From Prorocentrum cordatum (Eukaryota), in the NCBI GenBank assembly GCA_963575745.1, contig CAUYUJ010000037.1, positions 620,001-671,342 on the forward strand: DNA of 51,342 nucleotides, given 5' to 3'. This document shows positions 11,352-25,480 of the stretch, piece by piece. How positions within the stretch are numbered: the stretch's first letter is position 1; every line of letters begins with the position of its first letter. The notes beneath the pieces were generated by a model that did no database searches, had not been told where the DNA came from, and saw only the letters and a program-made list of their open reading frames with translations. The position numbers were made by a program, and so were the translations under genes.

Positions 11352-13896
11352 CGGGCCGAGATGCAGACCCTCGGTGCGTCAAAGCGCACAATGGCAATCC
11401 CTCGTGGACCTTCGAGGGCTGAGGCCAGGGCCTCGCAGAGCGACGACGACGACGAGGGGGGGGGGGGGGGAGCGTGCCGAGCTGCCGCGGGGAGGAGGCG
11501 GCGGGGCAGACCCTCGGAGCGCCCGGCCAGGAGCTCCAGCCCGCGCGCGACGGGCTCGCGGCCTGAGCGGCAAGGCGCACCGCAGGGGCGCCCGCACGCC
11601 CACCGCCGCGGTCCTCCGTCTCGCTCTCCGCCTCCTACTTTCGGGCTCACGGCTCGGGTGAGGCTCTTGGCTGCGCGCAAGCAGCCCCCCCCCCCCCCCA
11701 TGGGGTAGTCCCAGCTGGCCCCATCGGGCGCCCCCGGGGCACGGAGCAGAGCGGCACGCGCTCGGTCTGCAGGGCACGGGATGTCGCAGGAGCAGCCGCC
11801 GCAAGACGCCAAGTTCACGTTCCTGGATGCACACCCACAGGCGAGGCGAGCGTGTGCGCAGAAGCGAACACGGGGGCGCCAGCGGAAATTTAGGCAGCTT
11901 TCCATCGTCACCGGGATGCTGGGGTACGCGTTTAGGGGTAACGCCAAGGTTTGGGCCAGCTCAGGGCCCGCACCCCTCGCGTTCACCGCAATGCCGTACG
12001 TCGTGGATGGATTCCCGCGCGCATGTGCGCATCTGCAGATGTGAGCGGGCCTGAACCCTGGAGGAGCCCAGCGGAGAGGCGCCTGGACGAGACCTCACCT
12101 TGATGTCCTCTGGTACGCGTAGAACGATCGCTGCTCTGGGCGCTCTTGGAGGGGCCAGCGAAGCGCCCTCCATACGGGCATGCACGAACTGCCACTGTTG
12201 ACTGAATCCCTGGAGGGTCCAGCCGCGCGCCTCTTGACGCACATCCGAGCGACTCGCCACCTTGGGCGTTGCCAAAATGAGGATTCTTGCCACTTTTTGA
12301 GCCACTGGGGCGGCGCCACACGCGGATCCAAATGAGAATGCTGCCCTCTGGGTCCCGTCGCAATCTCTGGGGTCCTTGGGGAGTCCGAGCGCGACGTCTC
12401 TTCCCCAGGTGCCGCCAATCGCAGGACTGTCGCCACGTCTTGAGCCCTCGGGGAATCCGGTGTTGCGCCGTCCTGCTGGCATCGAGTCCTTGCCTCGTTG
12501 AGTGCACGTCCCGGGAGAGATGGGTACGTCGCCGGGTGATGTGGATTGTTCTGTCATGCCGCACATCTTACACCCAGGGGGGCGGCTCGTTCCACAAGCA
12601 GTAGAACTGGAATGCCATGGTGCCCACATGGAAGCGATTCGTTGTGCAAGAGAGTGGAGAACATGCGTTCAATACATTCGGGATCTTCTCGTCTCAGCAG
12701 TCCCGCCAATTGCTGTGAAAGCACCTTGCCGGTTGCGTCCTTCTCATACGGAAGGGCGCATGCAGGGACATTGCATCTGTCCACCGCAGCTTCTAGTGGT
12801 GTTTGGGTTGCCGTCGCACTCGGCGGCCATAACAGGCAAGCACAGGGGAAGTCTGCTTCGGCGCGAGGTTCGAGCTGTCGCCTCTGATTTTCCTGCAGTT
12901 CTCTCAGCCAGCACCACGTTTGTCGCAGCTCGTAGTTGCGAGCTGCTTGACCGATCACGACTTTCCCACTGCCACTACGTAAAACAGCAGTTGACACAGA
13001 GGTGTGCAACAGCAAGATGTACAACCTCTGGGAGATAGATTCATCGTCGTGTTCCTTCTCTTCTTCCCCTACATCTCCCACACGTTATCCTCCTGCTCGT
13101 TCTCTTCATATCGCTCCTAGTTCAAATTCCCCTCCTCTCCCCCCCCCCGTGCACCTCGTCTACGCTAGTTTTCGGCTTGTGATCTTTCTATGCTCTTAGG
13201 GCGAGTCACATTCCATGCGTGCACAAGCCATTGTTATCCAGCTGCGTACGGCAAGCCATCGTGCCAGCCTGGCCTTCTGGGTGGTGAATCTTCGAGGGGG
13301 CACGGGAGGTCGTAACGTGTGACACCTCGTGTCCCTAAGTTTGAGAGAGTTGTGAGGAGGAGGATGACGATGGCGAGGAAGAGCAGGATGAGAAAGGGGA
13401 AGGCCGTCATTGTGACATGTTTCGTCTTCACTTCTGGAGGAGCTCTCATGAAGATAAGTTGGGTTGGACTGGGATTGTCGTGGGCTCCTGTGAGGCAGTC
13501 TTGGGGAGCCGTCTTGGGGCTCTATTGGTCTCATGGGTGTTGTGGTCGGGCCGTCGTGCGGCTATCTTGGCGCCGTCTTGGGCCATCGAAGAGCTTTCTA
13601 AGGCCGAATCGGGTCTCTCCAGGAGCCGTGCTGCGCCGTCTTGGAGCCGTCTTGGAGGCCCCGTGGGCGGTCCTCTTGTGCCGCCCTGGGACCCTCGTGG
13701 GGCAGTTTGCCTGTCTTGGGGCCATCTTGGAGACTTCTTCGGCTGCCTTGAGCTGACGGACACCCCAAACGGTGACAACACGACACCTCGACATACCAAA
13801 ATTGTGGCCAACACATGATGGTGGTCTCCTCGAGCCCTGCTGGTGTCTCACAACTTTCTCACCACCATCATGTACAATACAGCCGAAACCGATGGC

Positions 13897-14068
13897 AAGG
13901 ATGGGTAATCTTCCCAAGGGTACCGTTGCATTCGTGCCCCTTTGGTTCATGTTTGACTACTCTCGATGTCCCAACGCGCTCGAAAAGGCTTCAGCACGGG
14001 CGTCTAAGGGTCTTGCATCTGTGTCGCACATCTTTACTATCAGTGTTGATCGTACGTAGAAGTTGACA
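13897..14068 (+). repeat. Dispersed ~170-bp repeat, copy 1
   Basis: AAGGATGGGTAATCTTCCCAAGGGTACCGTTGCAT... aligns by eye with 50404-50570. Confidence 0.7.
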
Positions 14069-14950
14069 CAGGCGAGCGCAACCGTGAGATGTGCAGCCTA
14101 TGGGCAAACGTGCATCGTCGTGTTCCTCCTCCTCTCCTTCTCCATACATCCCCTCCGCGTCACGCTCCTCCTCGCTCTCTTCACATTACTCCTTGTTCGC
14201 AGTCCCTTCCTCCCCCTCCGCCTTGGCTTCACTCGTTGCTTGTGTGATCGTTCTCTGCCCTGTAGGCCGAGTCGCACTCCATGCATGCACAAGCGAATGC
14301 TATGAGACTTCTCCGTGGGATGCAGGTGTACGGTGATACGCCGAGTGGGTGCCTGGATATCGGTATTATATCAAAGAAAACGAGAGCGCAGGGATTGCGG
14401 GATCGATCCACGTCGCTGTGGCCACAGGACTGTGGCAGGGAGGGGCGCGGAACAAAAACTCCACCAGAACCCCCTCACTTTGGACAGACGTTCATGGACA
14501 GTGTAAGACAGTTCGCACCCTAAATCTGACCACATGTCTTGCTATATGTGTACCCACTTCCCGCTGTCTGCCTCTGCGAGCACGTGGTGCCGTTTCGGCT
14601 CGTCACCGCACCAGGCCAGTTTCTTCGAACGTGGAGACAGGTCTACCTCAGGGGTACTTGCTATGTGAGATTTTCTCACAGGGACGCTCTGCAGGACACC
14701 GGATCTACAAATCAAGCATTATGTTTTTTTCGGGAGAGTTCAGAGAGAGAGAGAGAGTTTAGAGAGCGAGGGAGGGAGAAGGATGGAGGGAGAGGGAGAG
14801 TGAGAGGGAGAGAGGGAGAGAGATCAAGGAGAGGGACAATAGAGAAAGCGGAGGACGAGAGAGGGAAATAGAGGGAGAGAGTGAGGGGAAGATAGGGAGA
14901 GAGGGGGCGAGAGAGAGATATTGGATATTGAGGGATAGGTGCAGAGGGAC

Positions 14951-14993
<43 letters not shown>

Positions 14994-15695
14994 TGTGTGT
15001 ATCTATATAGCATGCAGTTGTACGCAGTCTGCGATCTTGACGCATGCGCTCATGACCTGCATGCTGAAGCTGTCACAGCTGATGTTCTCGCTCAAGAGAT
15101 AGAAGGAGGTACATTGAGAGAGAGGAAGAGAAAGGTGAGGAATATACATATATATATATAGAGAGAGAATGATATATAAAGAGAGAGAGAGAGAGACACA
15201 CACACGCACACGCACACAGACACACACAAACACAAACACACACGCACACACACACACACACGCACATTGAGACCGTAGACAGCACGGAATTCCAGAGTCG
15301 CCTCTGCAGATCGGGCGGTTCAGCGGATATCCACGCAAAGTAGGCCAACAAGCCGACACCAGTCTGCCCGTAGTTTTGCCTGTGACGCTGCGCGCCACCG
15401 GGACGTCTTGAGCCTGTATGTTCTCCTCCCCCCGCTCCTGCGCGGGGGGGGAGATGTTGCCGCACCGCCTGCGGTTGAACGGCTCGCCCAGAGGTCAGGC
15501 GATCGCAAACATTGATTAAGGGGGGCGTGGATTAGCGACGGGTCCCGTTTCCATGGGAAATCGCTTGTTTCCGCCGCCGAGCGAGGCGGCACCGGCCGCA
15601 TTTTGGGCAGGGTACCTCCCCCGATCCATGGATGTGGCGACCGCGCGCCAAATCCATGGATCGCCAATCCACGTTTGCGCGCCCCCGACCGGAGG

Positions 15696-15779
15696 ATGGA
15701 AGGGATGTTCGAGTGCAACATCTGCCTGGAGGAGGCCGCGAAGCCGATGGTTACGCGCTGTGGGCACCTCTTCTGCTGG
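15696..15779 (+). CDS. RING-HC E3 ubiquitin ligase (RNF5/RNF185/RMA1-like), exon A
   Basis: Encodes MEGMFECNICLEEAAKPMVTRCGHLFCW and ends at the GC donor TGG|GCGCCT. The true start of the gene is uncertain. Confidence 0.8.
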
Positions 15780-16419
15780 GCGCCTCCCGGGGGTGTGGAG
15801 CGCCAGCTGATGAGAGCCGGTCGCCTCTCGACTCCCAGCGCTGCTCATTCAGGTGCTTGTTCTCCTCCTGGTCTTGTATCTTCCCTGGCTCCTGCTTATG
15901 ATCCTGCTTATTCCCCGTGTTATCATGATTTTTCTCCTTATCATACAGGTGCTTGTTCTTCTGCTTACTCTCCTTATTCTCCGATTGGCTCTTCGCCCCG
16001 AACCCGAATTCACAGTGTAGTCTTGTCTCTCCGCTCTGTCGCTCTCGCCCCGAGCCCGCCCGCCCCGTCACGCTCCTTCCTCGCAGCCCGCTCCCTCCTC
16101 CTGCTCCTCCGCGCATGCGGCTGACAGTGATAGCACACGAGGTTTTGTCAGTGCCAGCCAGAGGTCAGGCAAGCCCAGGACCAGGATGAATCGCTCCAGA
16201 GCGCTCCAGAACACTCTCAGAGCGCTTCGGAACGCCCTGAAACGGCCGCGGGGCCCGATACATCCTCCAGAGCCGCCAGATCTCAGGGATCCCCGATTTA
16301 TCCCGATCCAAGTTTGTCTCGACCCTGGCTTCGTCTTGGGAGGAGGAGCACGGCGAGCTGGAAGGGCGCGCCACAGCGCACAGACGCTCGCCCTGCGGGT
16401 GGGGGGGGGTGCGGTGCAG

Positions 16420-16471
16420 GCTTGCCTCCGCCAGTGGCTGGACGCCACCGCCTCATCTGTGCAGCAGTCAG
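16420..16471 (+). CDS. RING-HC E3 ligase, exon B
   Basis: CAG| acceptor, encodes ACLRQWLDATASSVQQS-g, donor TCAG|GCGCCG. Continues CGHLFCW in frame. Confidence 0.75.
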
Positions 16472-16514
16472 GCGCCGGGGAGGTGGGGGGCAGGAGCTCG
16501 GAGCTCCGTCCCTC

Positions 16515-16742
16515 CCTCCTCCTCCCTCCTCCTCCGCGGCGTTCTCCTTCTCCTTGTCCGCCTTCCCTTCTCTCTCCTCCTGCTCCTCCTCCTCCTCCTC
16601 CTCCTACTCCTCCTCCTCATCCTCCTTCTCCTCCTCCTCCTCCTCCTCCTCCTCCTCCTCCTCCTCCTCCCCCTCCTCCTCCTCCTCTCCCATCCTCCTC
16701 TCCCATCCTCCTCCTCTTTCTCTTCCTCCTCTTTCTCTTCCG
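16515..16742. repeat. (CCT)n polypyrimidine tract
   Basis: Directly visible. Similar tracts lie at 8085-8216, 34540-34680 (GGA) and 43440-44470. Confidence 0.9.
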
Positions 16743-16988
16743 TTTCTCGGGACGCGCCCAGGTGGGGGGAGGCAGGGACTCTCTTGTCTCGTCGCGGTTC
16801 GGCTCTCTTCACCGTTCCGGATCTGTTTGGGGTTTCCGGGCTGCAAGCTCGCGGAGAGATGTAGTGGCGTCGCGATTCGTGGGAAATGGAGCGAGAGAAA
16901 GAGAGAGAGGGAGAAGGACATAAGTGTGTATACTATATATATGCATGGAGAAAGAAAGAGAGAGAGAGAGAGAGAGAACCCCACACCC

Positions 16989-17305
16989 ACACTTACACTT
17001 ACACTTACACTTACACTTACACTTACACTTACACTTACACTTACAATTGCACTTGCACTTGCACTTGCACTTGCACTTACACTTACACTTACAATTACAC
17101 TTACACTTACACTTACACTCTTACACTTGCACTTGCACTTACACTTGCACTTGCACTTGCACTTGCACTTGCACTTGCACTTGCACTTGCACTTGCACTT
17201 GCACTTGCACTTGCACTTGCACTTGCACTTGCACTTGCACTTGCACTTACACTTACACTTACACTTACACACACACAACGCGCGCGCACACACACACACA
17301 CACAT
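16989..17305. repeat. (ACACTT)n/(GCACTT)n hexamer microsatellite
   Basis: Directly visible. Confidence 0.95.
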
Positions 17306-20300
17306 GCACTCGCACTTGTTCCTCATACGCGGCGCTCGGTCGCAAAGACCGGCCGTGTCAAGCCAAGCAGGATTTCTGCCAACTAGAATTGTCAAACTTG
17401 TGTGGAAACGTGCACCAATTAGAGATCGACGCCCCCCACACATAGAAGCACACAGCCAGATAATTCATCAAACCATGAAGAGAGTAGAGCTGGGCCCATT
17501 TCGATCCGACCGATCCGAATCGATGTCGATTTCGGCGGGCTCGATCCGATCCGATTTCGATGTTCTGACGGCCCGATGTGGCCCGATGTTGACAAGGCGT
17601 TGTGCATCCTGTGCATCCTGGCACGCCGATCCAGTTCGATTCCGACCCAGTGCCGATGCGGCCCGATCCGACGCACACTCTGATTCGACCAGATGTCGCG
17701 ATTCATGGCCCCGTCCCGTCGGACAAGGGGGGGGGATCGGGAAAGGGGGCAGTCGGGCGTTGCTAGAAGTGCCCCTGGCCCAAGGTGCCCCCAGGATTCC
17801 CAAGGAGGCCCCCACGGCCTCCAGAGCACCCCTCACCAGGCGCAGCGGATCCCAGGGGCTCCAGAATTGAGCACAAAGCTGGGGGCACCGTGGGCGAGGG
17901 GCACTTACACCCATCAGACATCTTAAGAAGACGCGTCAATGTCCGTGGACTCCAGATTTCGTTCAAGAGAATCCTGAATCTGGACTGGGCCCTGGGGGGT
18001 TGCTTGGAGCTCTCTGTATCGTAGAACTGTCGTATCTCTGGAACTGAGCTGCTGCTTAAGCAAACGCAAGGGTGTACATGGCAACCCCCGAGAGAGTACG
18101 AACACTCCTGCACGCAGCTGGCTTTGGCACCGCCGCCACGCGACGGAAATCGATAACGAATGGCGCCTCCAGCGCATTCCCGAGGAGGCCCCCTTCTGCC
18201 TCCAGAGCACCCCCCACGAGGCGCAGGGGGCCCCCATGGGGCTCCAGAACTGAGCACGAGGCTGGGGGGCACCTCGGGCCAGGGGCACCTGCAGCAGCCC
18301 CCCGAGGGAGCGCGACGACTTCTGCACGCAGCTGGCTTCGGCACCGCCGCCCTGCGCCCTCCTCGATGCTGCTGGCGCCGCCGGCGCCGGGAGGCGCGGG
18401 GAGAGCCAGCTGCGAGAGCTGATGCGCCAGCCTCCCTCTGCTCTCGCCCCCTTCCGTCCGACCCGATGGGCCGTCACTGGCAGCCTGACGAGGGGGGACG
18501 AAGACCAGGACGTGAAGGAGGAGCAGGAGGAGGAGCAGGAGCAGGAGGAGGAGGAGCCCAGTCGCTGATGTTTGCCTGACGCAAGTTGAGGAGGAGGAGG
18601 AGGAGGAAGAGGAGGAGGAGGAGGCACTGGCTGCCCCTGCAGGCTGCTGGGGGGAAGGCTGGAGGCCCTCCTCGCGCCGTGAGCAGATCTCGACGGGAGG
18701 TTTTCTGTGTCGTCTTCGGCCTCCCCGGTGGAGCCTGGCCGGGCCCCGGGGCCGTCAAACCGACAGCTCAGGATCCGGAGGGTTCCAAAGGGGGTTTTGG
18801 GGGAGGGGATTTTCCAGGAGGGGTCCCCCAGGGGCTTCGCACCCCGTATTTTGACAAAGTTCCGAGGCCCCTGGGGGGCTCTCTGGAAAACCCCTTGCCC
18901 AGAAAACCCCTTTTGGAACCCTCTGGAGGATGAAGAGCCAGCCCTTGGCAAGGGGTCCTCCAAACCTCTAGGGGGGCACGTGGCGAAAAAGACATGACGT
19001 TGGATGTCTGGGAGGGGAGAGGTAGGGCAGGAAGCGTGGAGGGGAGGGAGAGCGAGGACAGAGAGAGAGAGAGAGGGAGGCGGTGGAAGAATGCTTGGTC
19101 CCCGCCTGTGTGGGGGGGGGGGGCGGCGGAGGGGGCCGAGGAGTGGAGGATGGACGGATAGGTGTATCTTCTCACCCCGCCCACCATCGTTCAACTTCCC
19201 CTCTGCGGTTGGCGCTGGAAAGACAGCGTGCGATGTGGCGCCGCCGGCCCGCTTGTTACACGCTGTCAGCGTGCACCGAGGAAGCCCCGGCAGGGAGACA
19301 GCGTGCACAAGAGGGGCAGAGGGGGCCCTCGCGGGGCGGATCGCCTCGCAGGGACAGCGTGCCTTTGGGAGATCGATGTGGAACGCCATCTTTCCAAGGC
19401 CAACCGTGTGCACATCGGGCGCTCCAGAAAGGGCCTCGCCTTCGAGGGTCGAAGGAGTTGGCATCTCTTGCACGGCGGAAGGCGGGGGAGCCCCTTGCAG
19501 AATCTTCGTCCCGACACCAGGGGGGGGGGAGGCGGCGGGGTAAGCCAAGGTGACGCCCTCAACCATCGACGCCCAGATGGCTGGTGGGATCCCCTGGGTG
19601 AGCCTCAGGGGAAGTCCAGCGGGGCACGGAGATCGCAGGACACGGAAGCGCAACCGAGAGCAGCTTGATGATGAAGGCGCCTAGTTTTCTAGGATGGAGG
19701 ACCGGTGAGCTGCAAGAAACGAAGGCTCGGGAGACGACGATCACACATCACGACCCCGACCACACGGTGACGAGGAACACCGCGAGGTGACCGAACACAC
19801 AGACAAAGACGACGACATTTACGACGACCAGTTCCTGATATTTCACTTACAAGCAGCTCCCACAGGGGAGCGAGGTTTTAGTAGGCGGTCTCGGGGGGAC
19901 TCATACCTTGGCACGAGGCCCGCTGGGCTGGGGCCTTCCGTTCTAGGCCCCCCTGCGCCAAATCATGTCGGTGGCTGGCAATGCGAATCGTCGAAGGCAA
20001 TTGCCAGGAGGACCTAGGAATGAGTACACGGCAAAGGAGGTGATTCAGACGCGCGTGATCATTCAGACGGGCAGGAGCGAGGCTATCAGCAAGCTGGGTG
20101 CGTTCGCGCCACGCTCGACATCCTATCAGATCCCTCCCGCCCATCCCTCCTAACTGGGCTGACCAGTTCTCTATCCGCGGACGCGCATAGCCGACTTGAA
20201 ACTCCGAGAACGACCTCGTCGTGTTGTGCGCGATCGGGAAAGTGCAGCCGCGTACAGCCTATCGGACATGGACGAAGCAGTCGAAAGGGTACCGAACGAG

Positions 20301-20353
20301 CACGAGACAGGAAAGCGTGGCGCGGGGTGGGGGGCGCGGCGGGGGCGCGGCAG

Positions 20354-20424
20354 GCCCGCTGCTCCTGGGCGAGCGCCTCGGAGATGGGCGCGGCGCGGTG
20401 GCTTCCTCCTGCCCCATCTGCAAG
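20354..20424 (+). CDS. RING-HC E3 ligase, exon C
   Basis: CAG| acceptor. The phase-1 join gives G-PLLLGERLGDGRGAVASSCPICK, which supplies the last CxxC pair of the RING. Donor AAG|GCGCCG. Confidence 0.7.
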
Positions 20425-23400
20425 GCGCCGGGGGGCCTCGGTGCACGCCCTCGCAGGGGCGTGTCTGGACCACACGGGACGCACACACAGAGACACACTC
20501 TTCGGTCTTCCGCGGGCGGGGGCAGCGCCCGAAGGAGGCGCAGGCGCGCACGCATCGGAAGAAAGGCAGGGAAAAGATCTTCACGGGACAGCAGCACACC
20601 ACACACACACACACACACCACCTCTGCCGCTCCCCCCTGCTCCTCCTCCTCCCCCCTGGCGCTGATACGTCTCCGGGGTTGATTCGGATCGCTCCATACT
20701 CAATTCCTGAAGCCCGTGACTGAATGACGAGTGGATCGGCTCCGCCGACCCCCAGATGAAGCGAGGGGCCCATGGAAAGTGTTAGGGCGAGTCATGGTCT
20801 TCAATGCTGTACCCACAACTGCACTCACGTTGGGACAACATGATTGGCACGGGGACAACCAATCATTTCGCGCGACTCTGCAGTCCAGGCAAGCCGACGT
20901 CAGCGGATCCTGCCAACGATGCACCACACATCGCTCTTCCATAGAGAGCCCTCCTCCGCAGAGGTGCGGGTAGGAGGGTGAGAAGGAGGAGGATGAGGAG
21001 GAACAGAGAGATAGAGAGAGAGAGAGAGATAATCAAACATAAGAGGGAATCAGAAAGAGACAGGGAGAGAGGAGAGAGAGAGAGAGAGAAAAAAAAAAGA
21101 CAAGACAAACCCAAAAAGAGACTGGACGCATACGAGGGTCCCTTGGAATGCCCTTCTGTCGCATCCACTTAGAGGCATATGGGGGGCTTTGGGGGGCCTC
21201 TCGGGGGGTGATTTGGGGCCCCCAGTGGGGTTCTTAAGGCTTCTTGGGGATCTCTTAGAGGCTTCTTGGGGCTTCTTGGAAGAGCATCGGGGGCCTCTGG
21301 GGGGCTCTTGGGGCCATATTCGTGGGACAGGCTCGAAATGTTAGTTCGTGTTCTCCCTCTTGGGCCCCTCTTGAGGCCCTCTTGGACCTCTCATGGGCCC
21401 TGTTCGGGGCCCCTGTGGCCGTTTGGGGGCCCTCTTGGACCGTATTGGGGCCCTCTTGGGGACCTCAGGAGCCGCCTTGGAACGATCTCGTGGGCCCCTT
21501 GACTTGTCTTGGACGTTGTCAGACGCAAAAGGAGCGCATGCGAAAAATATCGTGTTCCCGACGGGAATGAAGGCGATGTGGGCTTCTTGAGACCCTCTCA
21601 GCTATCCTCTGGGAAACTCTTGGGCCGTCTTGGAAGCTTCATGGGCGGTCTCATAGCCATCTCGGAATGTCGTCGTGAGGTTGTCTTGGGCCGTCTCGAC
21701 GCTTTTTTGGAGCACATTGGCACTCTACTTGGGCCGTTTTGAGGCTCTTGGGGGGCTCCAGAGGCTGCTCCAGGGGTGCGTTGGCGAGCACGTCCCCCGC
21801 CCCCCCCTTCCCCCTGACCCCCTCCCCACCCGTCCTTCTGATCGGATTTCAGATCCTCGGGGGAGGGGGAACAGGGGAGGGGGGCAGCCAATCATCTCAC
21901 ACGCCTTTGCACCCGCAGCAAGCGGTGGTCGGCGAATGTATGCAATCCACGCGAGGGTTTCCTGCGCCTGCTCTTCATTACCACCACCACAGACCAGGGG
22001 CGGCTGGTCCATAGCAGCGCGCCTCGCACGACAGAGGTAGGTCAGCCGTCCCAGGCCTGTAACGGTGGGGGTGACAGGTAGGCCCACCAGGGTTTGCATA
22101 TGTGTGCGAATGGTACACCCACGGTCATAGAGGGGAAGGTTACATGAGGTGGCCAGAATTGCGGTTTGGAGCTTTTTGGTCAGCGTGTCGCCCCGCTGGC
22201 TCAGGTCCATCATGTCTCGGCGCAACGCGCCAGCCACGCCCTGGCCCCCGAGCGTCAACGTCCCGATCCCCTCCCGGGCTCTTGCCCCGGCGGAGCGGAG
22301 CGACACGCTTTCAGCTCGCAGGGCACAGCGTGTCGCCAGGGCCGCCGCCGCGACACGCGAAGCGGACGCCCCCGACCGCAGACCTTGCCAGACCGTCAGT
22401 GCAGCCAGCGCGCTCATTCGAACGGCCGCACGGCCTCCGCACCGCACGCCGTATCTGCGGGGAGGCTTGGGGGGTCTGCTTCCGTCTGATGCCTGCGCTA
22501 TCACCGAGGAGGCTTGGCTGTGTCAGGTTGCGTTTGCCAATCTTCTCGTGCCTCCTTCGCTCCTCTGGATGATAATCAGTCCTACCCTCCTTCGGAGGAC
22601 TTCCAGTGACGTTCGAAGGCGCTCCTGTCAATGCTGCTGGGCTCCAGTCTTCACCCCCCAGAGTCCTCCACCTCCTTCTTCTCACACCCTTCTGCACTTC
22701 ACTCCGCCTCCCCCTCGTCCCCCCTTCCCCTTCTCCCTCTCCTCGTTCGCCTGCCTCTGAGGGGTGCCGCGCCTCTGATCAAATCCCAGCACCATTCAGG
22801 CTGCCGAAGATACGACTTGATCGATGCGTCTTGGGGACAATCATGAGCCAGCCAGACTGCTCTTTATCATCGTGCACTTGGCGTTACCCACTTGGCGAGA
22901 GTCCAAGTGTTACTCCTCCCAGCATTCAAGACACATAGAAGACAATGAAACTAACAAACTGTAGACAAGCTGAAGCTTGGATCAAGCTAAGCTGCAACAG
23001 TTGCATGGAACAGCCTGGATACGTTACAGGGCTGAGTTGCTTTGCTTTGTTTTTATTCGCTCCGCGCTGCTGTGCGTCTCGGTGCAGTGCGCTGCATGTG
23101 ATTGCCCCGCTTTCGTTGTTTTGTGTAGCGTTTGCGCCGCTTTGACTTGCGTTGCTTTGAACGGACTTGTCTTGTATATTGTTGGTTTGACTTGTTTTGG
23201 GATAACCTCACAGCATAGCACTAAGAAAGCATTGTTGAAGTATGCTCTGCTTGGTATCCCACTGCATCGCACTGCTAGCTGCGCGATGGATTGCCCTATG
23301 GGGTCCCCTGGATGCTCGTTGGTCAGAAGTGGCGCCCACGGGTTGCGCCATGGGGTGCCCCTTTGTTGCCGGGGGTTCTGTGTGGCCGCGGGCTGTGCAA

Positions 23401-23699
23401 CGGATTGTCTCCTGGGAACCAGAGATCCTCCAGGGCCACGGGTCGCGCCCACGGGTTGCTCTGCATGGTTGTGCGCTGGTTTGCCACGGAGCGCTCTGCA
23501 GCGCGCTGCCTCGCGTTGCAGGCACTTCTCCACCACGGGCTCATACGCGCTGCGCTTCAGTGCGTTACGTTGATTTGCATCGGTCTGCATGCGCGATCTC
23601 TCGCATAATATCCGCTGCATTACTCCACTGGATCCAGTCCGCGCTGGAGCTGTGCATCCTTAAATTTCTAAGGTGGGTCATGCATCTTCGTGTTTTCGA

Positions 23700-23975
23700 A
23701 CGCACACACCAATTCACACACGCACGCACACACACACACACACACGCATAAGCACACGCATAAGCACACGCACAAACACGCACACACACACACACACACA
23801 CACTCACACGCACACACACACACAGACACACACACGCACACACACACACACACACGCACACGCACACGCACACGCACACGCACACACGCACGCACGCGCA
23901 CGCACGCACGCGCGCGCGCACGCACGCACGCACACACACACACACACACTCACACGCACACCACACACACACACA

Positions 23976-24018
<43 letters not shown>

Positions 24019-24037
24019 GCACACGCACACGCACCCC

Positions 24038-24094
<57 letters not shown>

Positions 24095-24120
24095 GCGCGC
24101 ACACACACACACTCACACAG
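23700..24120. repeat. (CA)n/(CACG)n microsatellite
   Basis: Directly visible. A similar tract is at 35380-35560. Confidence 0.95.
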
Positions 24121-25480
24121 ACATTACATTTTGGCGATCGCGGCCTCGCGCGCAGCAGCGAGGCGGAGCAAGCCGAGAAAAACGGCACAGAACCAGCGCG
24201 CGCGCGCGGCTGGTCCCTCAGACGCGGGACCACATTGGATCAACCACCGGGGCGTAGGTGGCGGGCGGGAAAATTGTGACACCGTCCGCAGACAGGGACG
24301 AGCAACACAGCGAGGCGACCGACCGTCAGCGACGAAGAAAAAGAGGAACAAACAAATGTGTGCGAGAACCGTACTGGGAAGAGACCGCTGCTTCCGGCTG
24401 CCACAGTGCGGTGGCGGAGGTAGTGAACGAGCGGCAAACACACACGCACACGCACACGCACACGCACACACACATTCACAAACCTTTTCGGTCATTCGTC
24501 CGCGGGCAGGCAATTCGCCATGCCGACAAGAATGTCGCACGGGCGCGCACGCGCCGGTTGGTCAAGAGAGTGGCCAGGCCTTCAAAAGGCAATGGCGTCA
24601 GCGGCCGCGGAGCACCGGCGAGCAAGGGGCAGCGGCCGCAGGGCGGCGGGGGGGGAGCCAGGCGCGGGGCGCGCAGCAGCGAGGCGGCGGAGCAAGGCCA
24701 TCGACACCAGGACTCCGAGGTGAGCCCACCAGGACACCAGGACACCAGGAGCCCACCAGACTTAGGCGAGCGGGAGGGCAGCCCCGTCAGCGGTAGCGGG
24801 CAGCCCGCCAGAGGTGGCGGACGCCAGGGCGGGGGGGGGGAACGCCCAGAGGCGGAGCGGCGCGAGGGCCAGGCAGGGCGCCTAAAGGAGCGAGCTGGCG
24901 GAGCTGCGGCGGGGAGCGGCAAAAGGGAGCGAAGTGCCCCCCACACTCGGCAAGACTGGAGAGCGTCGGGCACCCGAGGGCGGGCGGAGGGGCAGGCCGC
25001 CAGAGAGGCGGCGAGGCGAGGCAGGCAAAAACGACATGCCCGTCCGTTCCCGCCAGACCGGAGCGCTGCAGTCGGGGGAGGGGCGGCCGGCCCGCCAACC
25101 AACCAATCTGAGAGGGTTGGGGGTAAGAAGAGTGGCCTACGGTGTATCAGGTTGAGTTGTGGAGGACATCCGAGATTTGTATGGCCATCCAGATGAATTA
25201 GCTTGTGCTGACTTCAGCTGTATATAAATATATGCTCTGTAAGTTCCATAAATTTCGCCGCCGTGAATTTTTATCAGACGTAAAGTAAGAGTCCGATGGC
25301 CCTGCCATGCATTCGTGTGGACCTCATGCGGGAACGTCGTCGTCGTCGCCACCGCCGTCATCGTTTCCACCAGCCGCCATGGCTCCAAAGCGGAGCCTCA
25401 CACGCGCGCCGCCATCCCCAAGATTGGGCCATGGCATGCTGGGCCACCGTTCAGGTCGAACCAAAGGAAGAGTCATCCGG

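Noticed and set aside
11773..11840. Upstream exon of the RING gene (CAG|GGCACGGG..CACAG|GCGAGG)
   Set aside because: The splice signals look plausible and one frame could join position 15695. However, the peptide has no recognisable homology, and the ATG frame (MSQEQPPQDAKF..) is out of phase with the RING.
12040..13040. Decayed coding or transposon fragment (similar unique-looking stretches at 6500-7330, 19200-20310, 22000-22620 and 25730-26260)
   Set aside because: The sequence complexity suggests old coding DNA, but I could not recognise any motif. BLASTx would be needed.
16314..19653. 518-aa and 576-aa ORFs
   Set aside because: They translate microsatellites and GC-rich intronic repeats and contain no domain motifs.
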